Shown in pieces: positions 60,101 through 64,000 of a stretch of 64,000 bases of DNA. The notes under the pieces are model-generated. The model saw only the letters and a list, made by a program, of their open reading frames with translations. It did not search any database and was not told the origin of the DNA. The position numbers were made by a program, and so were the translations under genes. The first letter of the stretch is position 1, and every line of letters starts with the position of its first letter. The DNA is from Octopus vulgaris (lineage: Eukaryota). Location: positions 21,390,001-21,454,000 of the forward strand of contig OX597842.1 of assembly GCA_951406725.2 (NCBI GenBank), given 5' to 3'.

Positions 60101-61150
60101 ATGTATACGTATGTGTGTGTGTGTATGTATGTGTGTATGTGTGTGTATGTGTGTAGTATGTATGTGTGTGTATGAGTGTGTGTGTATGTATGTGTATGTA
60201 TGTATGTATGTATGTATGTATATGTACGCGTGTGCGTATGTATTAATGTGTGTATGTGTGTGTATGTGTGTAGTATGTATGTGTGTGTGTATGTGTGTAT
60301 ATGTATGTGTATGTATGTATGTATGCGTGTGTGTATGTTTGTGTTTATGTGTGTATGTATGTATGTATGTATGTATGTATGTATGTGTGCATGCGTGTAT
60401 GTGTGTATGTGTGTATATGTATGTATATATATGTGTGTGTGTATGTATAGGTTTGTGTATGTATGTGCGTATGTATGTATGTATGTATGTGTGTGTATGT
60501 GTGTGTGTATGTGTGTATGTATGTATGTATGTATGTATGTGTGTGTTTGTATGTGTGTATGTGTATAAGTGTGTGTATGTATGTATGTATGTATGTGTGT
60601 GTGTATGTATGTGTGTGTATGTATGTATGCGTGCGTATGTGTGTATGTGTGTGTGTATGTATATGTATGTTTGTGTATGTATGTATGTATGTATGTATGT
60701 GTGTATGTATGTGTGTATGTATGTATGTGTATGTGTATGTATGTGTGTATGAGTGTGTATATGTGTATGTATGTATGTAAATGTATGCTTCTGGGTATGT
60801 ATGTATGAGTGTATGTGTGTAAGTATGTATGTATGTGTGTGTATGTAAGTGTGTGTGTATGTATGTATGTACGGGTGTATGTGTGTAAGTGTGTGTGTGT
60901 ATGTGTATGTGTATGTATGTATATGTACGCGTGTGTGTATGTATGTGTGTATGTGTGTGTATGTGTGTAGTATGTATGTGTGTGTGTGTGTGTGTGTATG
61001 TATGTGTATGTATGTATATGTATGTGTGTGTGTATGTATATATGTGTCTATGTATGTGTGTATGTATGCGTGTGTGTATGTATGTATGTGTGTATGTGAA
61101 TGTGTATGTATGTGTGTATATGAATGCGTGTGTGTATGTATGTGTGTATA

Positions 61151-61181
<31 letters not shown>

Positions 61182-63212
61182 GTGTATGTATGTATGTGTG
61201 TATGTGTGTGTATGTGTGTACATGTGTGTGTATGTATGTGTGAGTTTGTATGTGTGTGTGTATGTATGTATGTGTGCCTGCGTCTATGTGTGCATATGTG
61301 TGTGTATGTATTTATGTATATGCATGTGCGTGTGTGTGTATGTATGTATGTATGTATGTATGTGTGTATGTATGTGTGTATGTGTGAGTGTATATATGTG
61401 TGTATGTGTGTATGTGTATGTATGTGTATGTATGTACGTATCTGTATGCGTGTGTGTATGTATCTATGTGTGTATGTGTGTGTATGTGTGTTTGTATGTA
61501 TGTATGTGTGTTTGTGTATGTATGTGTGGGTATGTATGTACGTACTATGTATGTATGTGTGTGTGTATGTGTGTAAGTGTGTGTGTGTAAGTATGTATGT
61601 ATGTATGTGTGTATGTATGTATTTATGCATGCGTGTATGTGTCTATGTGCGTGTTTGTACCTATGTATGTATATGTATGTGTGTGTGTATGTATGTATGT
61701 ACCTATGTATGTAGTGTATGTATGTGTGTGTGTGTGTAAGTATGTATGTATGTGTGCATGCGTGTATGTGTGTATGTGTGTGTATGTATGTATATGTATG
61801 TGTGTTTATGTGTATGTGTATGTATGTATGTATATGTACGCGTGTGTGTATGTATGTATGTGTGTATGTGTGTGTATGTGTGTAGTATGTATGTGTGTGT
61901 ATATGTGTGTGTGTGTATGTGTATGTATGTATGTATGTATATGTTTGTGTGTGTGTATGTGTATATGTGTCTATGTATGTATGTGTGTATGTATGCGTGT
62001 GTGTATGTATGTGTGTATGTGTGTATGTGTGTGTTCGTGTGTGTATGTATGTATATGTATGCGTGTGTGTATGTAAGTATGTGTGTATGTATGTATGTAT
62101 GTGTGTGTATGTGTGTGTATGTATGTGTATATATGTGTATGTATGCATGCATGTGTGTGTGTGTGTGCGTGTGTGTACGTATGTATGTATATGTATGTGT
62201 GTGTGTATGTATGTATATGTATGTGTATGTGTATGCATGTATGTATCTATGTATATATGTATGTGTGTATGTGTGTGTGTATGTATGTATGTGTGTATGT
62301 GTGTGTATGCATGTATGTATATGTATGTCTGTGTATGTGTGTATGTGTATGTATGTATGTATGCATGTATGTGTATGTGTGTGTGTACGTATATGTGTGT
62401 ATGTATGTTTGTATGTGTGTGTGTATGTGTGTATGTATGTGTGTATGTATGTGTGTATGTATGTATGTATGTGTATATGTGTGTGTGTATGTATGTATGT
62501 ATGTATGTGTGTGTGTATGTGTGTATCTATGTGTGTATGTATGTGTGTATGTATGTTTGCATGTATGTGTGTACGTGTGTGTGTATGTATGTATGTATGT
62601 ATGTATGTGTGTGTATATATGTGTATGTATGTATGTGTGCGTGCGTGTGTGTGTGGGTATGTGTGTGTATGTATATGTGTGTGTATGTATGTATGTGTGC
62701 ATATGTGTATTTATGTGTATGTATGTGTGTGTGTATGTATGTATGTGTGTGTATGTATGTATGTGTGTGTATGTATGTATGTGTGTGTGTATGTATGTAT
62801 GAATGCATGTATGTATGTATGCGCGTGTGTGTATATATGTATGTATGTATGAATGTATCTATGTATGTATTATGTGTGTGCACGTATGTATGTGTGTGTG
62901 TGAATGTATGTGTGTGTGTGTGGGGTGGCGTAAGGTACATGCGCGTGCTTGTGTGCGTGTGTGCGCTTACGTGCGTGTATCTGTCCGTCTCACCTAGGTG
63001 TTTATAGGAGTGTGCGTATCTGTGTGAGTATTGTCCCCGGTGTGTGTGCACGGGCATGTGTGTGTGTGTGCGAGTGGGTGTTTGTGGGTGTGTTTGTGTG
63101 TGTATAGGTGTGGAAGTATGTGTGCGTACATGTGCATGTACGTTGTGTGTGTGTGGTGTGTTGGGAGTAGGTGTGTTCGTGGGTACGTGAGTATGTGTAT
63201 GTGTGTGACTGC
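57590..63212. repeat. About 5.6-kb compound (TG)n/(TATG)n low-complexity array
   Basis: Direct inspection; source of all the V/C/M/Y and H/T/I/Y ORFs. Confidence 0.95.
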
Positions 63213-63289
63213 ATAAGGACAAGTATAAAAAATAAAAAATAAAAAATAAAATAAGAAATAAAAAATAATAAATGAAAAATAAAAGATGC

Positions 63290-64000
63290 TACTGGGGAAA
63301 AGTGGAGCGCAGTCACTAAGAGGAGGGGGCTGTGTTGAATCCGTGTGGGTTTAGAGTCTGTAGAAGGAATATCAGCCGTTGCTCCAAGTGGAGATTGTGG
63401 AGAGCCGTTGTGTGGGGCAACACCAAACACCGAGATGTCATCGGGGTAATGGCTGGCCGAGCGGAAGTGACGTGCGACGGGAGAATTGGACCGTAGCCGA
63501 ACATCCCTCAGATGTTCGGCGAATCGGTCTGGCAACCGGCGTCCCGTCTGTCCTATATACAGCATTCCGCAGAGGTTGCATTTAATGCAGTATATGAGTC
63601 CAGACGAGGTGCACGTAAAAGAATGTCTGATACGTACAGTTCGCTGGTTGGAACCGGTGACAGCAGTGGTGTTGGTGATGAAGGGGCAGGTGTTGCAGCG
63701 GGATCTGGAGCACGGGAAGGATCCGAGTGGGGCCGAGGGGGAAGAAGGGAGGGTGCTGCGGACCAGGAGGTCGCGTAGATTCCGGGCTCGTTTGAAGGAG
63801 GACAGGGGTGGGCTGGGGAAAATGGGGTGGGTCGTGGAATCGAGCTGGAGACGACGGAATGCACGAAGTATCTTCCGACGAAGGGGTAGAGTAGAGGGGT
63901 GGAAAAGAAGGGGAAAGGGGGTGCGGTTGGGGGTGGGTGAGTGGAAGGAGAAAGGGCGGTGGTGCGGTCGATGCGACGAGCGCGGGCGAGGGCGTTCGTG
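63290..64000 (-). mobile_element. Degenerate second Penelope-like element, GIY-YIG end, continuing beyond window
   Basis: LYIGQTGRRLPDRFAEHLRDVR...PVARHF and, after a frameshift, LEQRLIFLLQTLNPHGFN. Confidence 0.8.

Noticed and set aside
57506-63222. Very long ORFs (up to 845 aa) rich in H/T/Y/I or V/C/M/Y
   Set aside because: They are translations of the TG/TATG array, which seldom produces stops; open in several frames on both strands.

Overview
This is eukaryotic, AT-rich, microsatellite-dense DNA whose SINE and repeat content resembles an octopus/coleoid cephalopod genome (inference). About 0.1-47.2 kb is one plus-strand, 5'-incomplete adhesion GPCR gene. I reconstructed 17 GT-AG exons; the first 16 join in one open frame of 810 codons. 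The domain order is Ly6/uPAR-like Cys domain, SEA-like, HormR, GAIN/GPS, 7TM. Introns and the 3' flank hold tRNA-derived SINEs, a Tc1 remnant, a 5'-truncated R4/Dong-type LINE in (TAA)n, a near-full RTE LINE, two Penelope-like elements (PLEs) with hammerhead-ribozyme motifs, and many foldback repeats. The most unusual feature is a pair of ORF1-only (no RT) Tx1/L1-like retroelements inserted in tandem at the same 15-bp site in a SINE head, with a distant relative about 4 kb downstream. All calls come from manual reading; no searches were run.
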